NCBI GenBank assembly: GCA_035543015.1
Contig: DATKKG010000017.1
Coordinates: 92,755-156,754, forward strand
DNA length: 64,000 nt
Reading direction: 5' to 3'
Origin: Conexivisphaerales archaeon
GTDB lineage: Archaea > Thermoproteota > Nitrososphaeria > Conexivisphaerales > DTJL01
In this document: positions 62,202 to 64,000 of the stretch, one piece after another
How positions within the stretch are numbered: the first letter of the stretch is position 1
Layout: each line of letters starts with the position of its first letter
Notes under the pieces: model-generated
Seen by the model: only the letters and a program-made list of their open reading frames with translations
What the model was told of the DNA's origin: nothing
Database searches by the model: none
Program-made: the position numbers and the translations under genes

Positions 62202-63137
62202 GTGGCCGGAGAAGAGCTTCTCCTCTACTCGTTCCCCGGAGGCCATCCAATGAACAGCGAGCGGGTGCGCCAGTTCCTGTCCCGGGCGCAGGAAGGAGGT
62301 CTCTTCGAAGGAGGGGGCTGCCTTCGGGTGGCGCCCAGGATGGCCACGGAAGGGGAGCTCCTGCGATTCCACACCCCGGAGCACGTGCGGCTCGTCAAGG
62401 AGCTCTCCGTCAGGGGAACCGGCTGCCTCGACGCCGGCGACACGCCTGCCTTCAAGGGGATGTTCGAAGCATCATCATTTGTGGTCGGCAGCACGCTGAA
62501 CCTGCTCGAGCTGATGGCGGAGGGCTCGCTGGCGCACGGGCTCAACCCGATGGGCGGTCTTCATCACGCCAGGCGTGGCTCGGCGGCCGGCTTCTGCGTG
62601 TTCAACGACATCGGCGTGGCGATAGCGACGGCCAAGAAGCTAGGTCTCTCCCCAGTCCTCTACGTGGATATGGACGCCCACCATGGGGATGGGGTCTTCT
62701 ACTCTTTCGAGGACGATCCGGAGGTCTTCATCGTTGACCTCCACGAAGACGGCAGGTTCCTCTACCCGGGGACTGGCAAGGCGTCAGAGACCGGTTCGGG
62801 AGCCGCAGTGGGGACGAAGGTCAACATCGAGCTCCAGCCGGGGGCGGGAGACGGCGTGTTCATGAGGGAGTTCGACAGGGCTGTGGAAGAGATCGCCGAA
62901 AGGGCGAAGCCTGCGCTCGTGGTTTTTCAGTGCGGAGCCGACAGCCTCGGAGGGGACCCCCTGACGCATCTGGAGCTGACGCCGGAGTCTCACCGGCATG
63001 CGACGACAAGGCTCGCCCAGATAAGCCATCGGCATTCCTCAGGGCGTCTCCTCGCGTTGGGCGGGGGCGGCTACAATCCTGCGAACGCCGCCGAGGCCTG
63101 GTTGAATGTGGCCAGCGCGATGGCTGATCATCCCTAG
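62202..63137 (+). CDS. histone deacetylase-family enzyme (AcuC/acetylpolyamine amidohydrolase-like)
   Basis: GGLHHARR..AAGFCVFND and DMDAHHGDG motifs. Confidence 0.9.
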   Translation: MAGEELLLYSFPGGHPMNSERVRQFLSRAQEGGLFEGGGCLRVAPRMATEGELLRFHTPEHVRLVKELSVRGTGCLDAGDTPAFKGMFEASSFVVGSTLNLLELMAEGSLAHGLNPMGGLHHARRGSAAGFCVFNDIGVAIATAKKLGLSPVLYVDMDAHHGDGVFYSFEDDPEVFIVDLHEDGRFLYPGTGKASETGSGAAVGTKVNIELQPGAGDGVFMREFDRAVEEIAERAKPALVVFQCGADSLGGDPLTHLELTPESHRHATTRLAQISHRHSSGRLLALGGGGYNPANAAEAWLNVASAMADHP

Positions 63138-63182
63138 AGGATGGAAACCGAGGACCACGATCCGTGAGAAGGACCCGTGATC

Positions 63183-64000
63183 CTACCTAACACCCATCGT
63201 GTTCCCGATCCCCGCGAGGAGGACCGTCGCGTCCGGCTTCGTCTTGTCTTCGATGAGCTTCCTGATCCTGGCGATGACTGAGTCGGCGGCGTTCTTCACG
63301 TCGTCCTTCATGCCGGTGATGGCCTCCTTTTCGGACATCTTCACGACGACGGCGTAGAGGGGGACCTTGTTCTTGGTGGCCGTCTCTTCGATCATGTACC
63401 TGTCCACCCCTGGGCCGCCGATGGCGGCTCCTATCCCTTCGGCTATCTCCCCCGACCTCTCGCCCTCTAGCTTCAGGGCCGCGTCCACGGTCACGACCAT
63501 GGAGGTGTCCGGATAGATGTGGAGCAGCTTGTCGACAGCCTCGCCCGGCCGACCAACTGTCCCTCCCGGCCCCTCGGCCCTGACCACCAGCAGCTTCCTT
63601 CCGTCGAAGGTCATCTCGGAGAAGACCGTCTCCTCGTCAACCTCCTTGACGGGGTTGGAGGCGATGATCTTGGACGCGACGAGAGGTCCCAGCCCGTCGC
63701 CGATGACCTCTCCCTTTGAAAACGCGCCTATCGAGGAGTAGTAGGCGTCGGCCGTCTCCATGAGCTGGGGCATGCTGGCCTGAAGGAGGACCGACGACAT
63801 CATGTCGTGGTCCTTCTTGGCCGAAGTGTAGAGGTGCCGGACGTACCTGTACAGGTAGTCCAGCGCCATCCCGACCTCGACCAGGTTCGAGAGGTTCTGT
63901 CTCGTGGTCTTGTCCGCGTTTGGGGTGACAAAGGCGACGCGAGACTTGAAGTAGTCCTCGTACGTCTTCAGGACGCGGTCGAGCTTGTAGACGAAGCCCT
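63183..64000 (-). CDS. DUF1512-like archaeal protein (5' end beyond right edge)
   Basis: The frame stays open upstream of the track ATG (63869) to the window edge (own translation ...VTPNADKTTRQNLSNLVEVGMALDY). The family assignment is from memory. Confidence 0.55.
   Translation of the reverse strand, partial: GFVYKLDRVLKTYEDYFKSRVAFVTPNADKTTRQNLSNLVEVGMALDYLYRYVRHLYTSAKKDHDMMSSVLLQASMPQLMETADAYYSSIGAFSKGEVIGDGLGPLVASKIIASNPVKEVDEETVFSEMTFDGRKLLVVRAEGPGGTVGRPGEAVDKLLHIYPDTSMVVTVDAALKLEGERSGEIAEGIGAAIGGPGVDRYMIEETATKNKVPLYAVVVKMSEKEAITGMKDDVKNAADSVIARIRKLIEDKTKPDATVLLAGIGNTMGVR

Noticed and set aside
1-64000. CRISPR arrays, rRNA genes, tRNA genes, transposase or integrase genes, and large tandem repeats.
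   Set aside because: I found no regularly spaced direct repeats, no GGTTCGAATCC-type T-loops in a cloverleaf context, and no recombinase or transposase motifs in any long ORF during my read-through.

Overview
This is a dense, GC-rich (roughly 60% by eye) archaeal chromosome segment. I call about 74 protein genes on both strands and found no rRNA, tRNA or CRISPR array. Archaeal hallmarks include TFB, aSUI1, Sua5, a PIN-ATPase-KH protein, and BRE/TATA-like boxes 25-50 nt upstream of start codons. GTG and TTG starts are common, and adjacent genes often overlap by 4 nt. The truncated first gene matches, from memory, the zinc ferredoxin of Thermoplasma/Sulfolobus, so I infer a Thermoplasmata-like lineage (not proven). 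Gene content by theme: (1) a respiratory module with cytochrome b, Rieske protein, a cupredoxin and heme O synthase; (2) a molybdo-hydroxylase (xanthine dehydrogenase/CoxSML-type) operon with mocA, moeA and xdhC scattered nearby; (3) purine and nucleotide metabolism (purA, purB, a phosphoribosyltransferase, two Dcd/Dut paralogs, ThyX, adenosine-specific kinase); (4) NAD salvage (nadE, a pncB-like gene); (5) threonine catabolism (tdh, kbl); (6) sulfur and redox proteins (rhodanese, DsrE-like, a disulfide oxidoreductase, NfnAB/SudAB-like); (7) a subtilisin, a putative surface glycoprotein, and many small hypothetical or membrane proteins. The most unusual region is 8.7-10.9 kb. There a locally confined repeat family (GTGCTTCCTAGT, usually followed by a T run) brackets three small genes. 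A perfect 20-bp inverted pair of this repeat encloses a 697-bp segment holding a small zinc-ribbon ORF and about 410 nt of structured non-coding DNA. A diverged paralog of that module lies at 25.4-25.9 kb. Other points of interest are an orphan long NurA-like nuclease gene, a beta-grasp (MoaD/ThiS-like) gene inside the Mo-hydroxylase operon, an over-long ThyX with duplicated motifs, a surface-protein gene whose signal peptide precedes any canonical start codon, a perfect palindromic operator candidate, and a decayed ABC-permease remnant. All functional calls rest on motif recognition from memory, with no database search.
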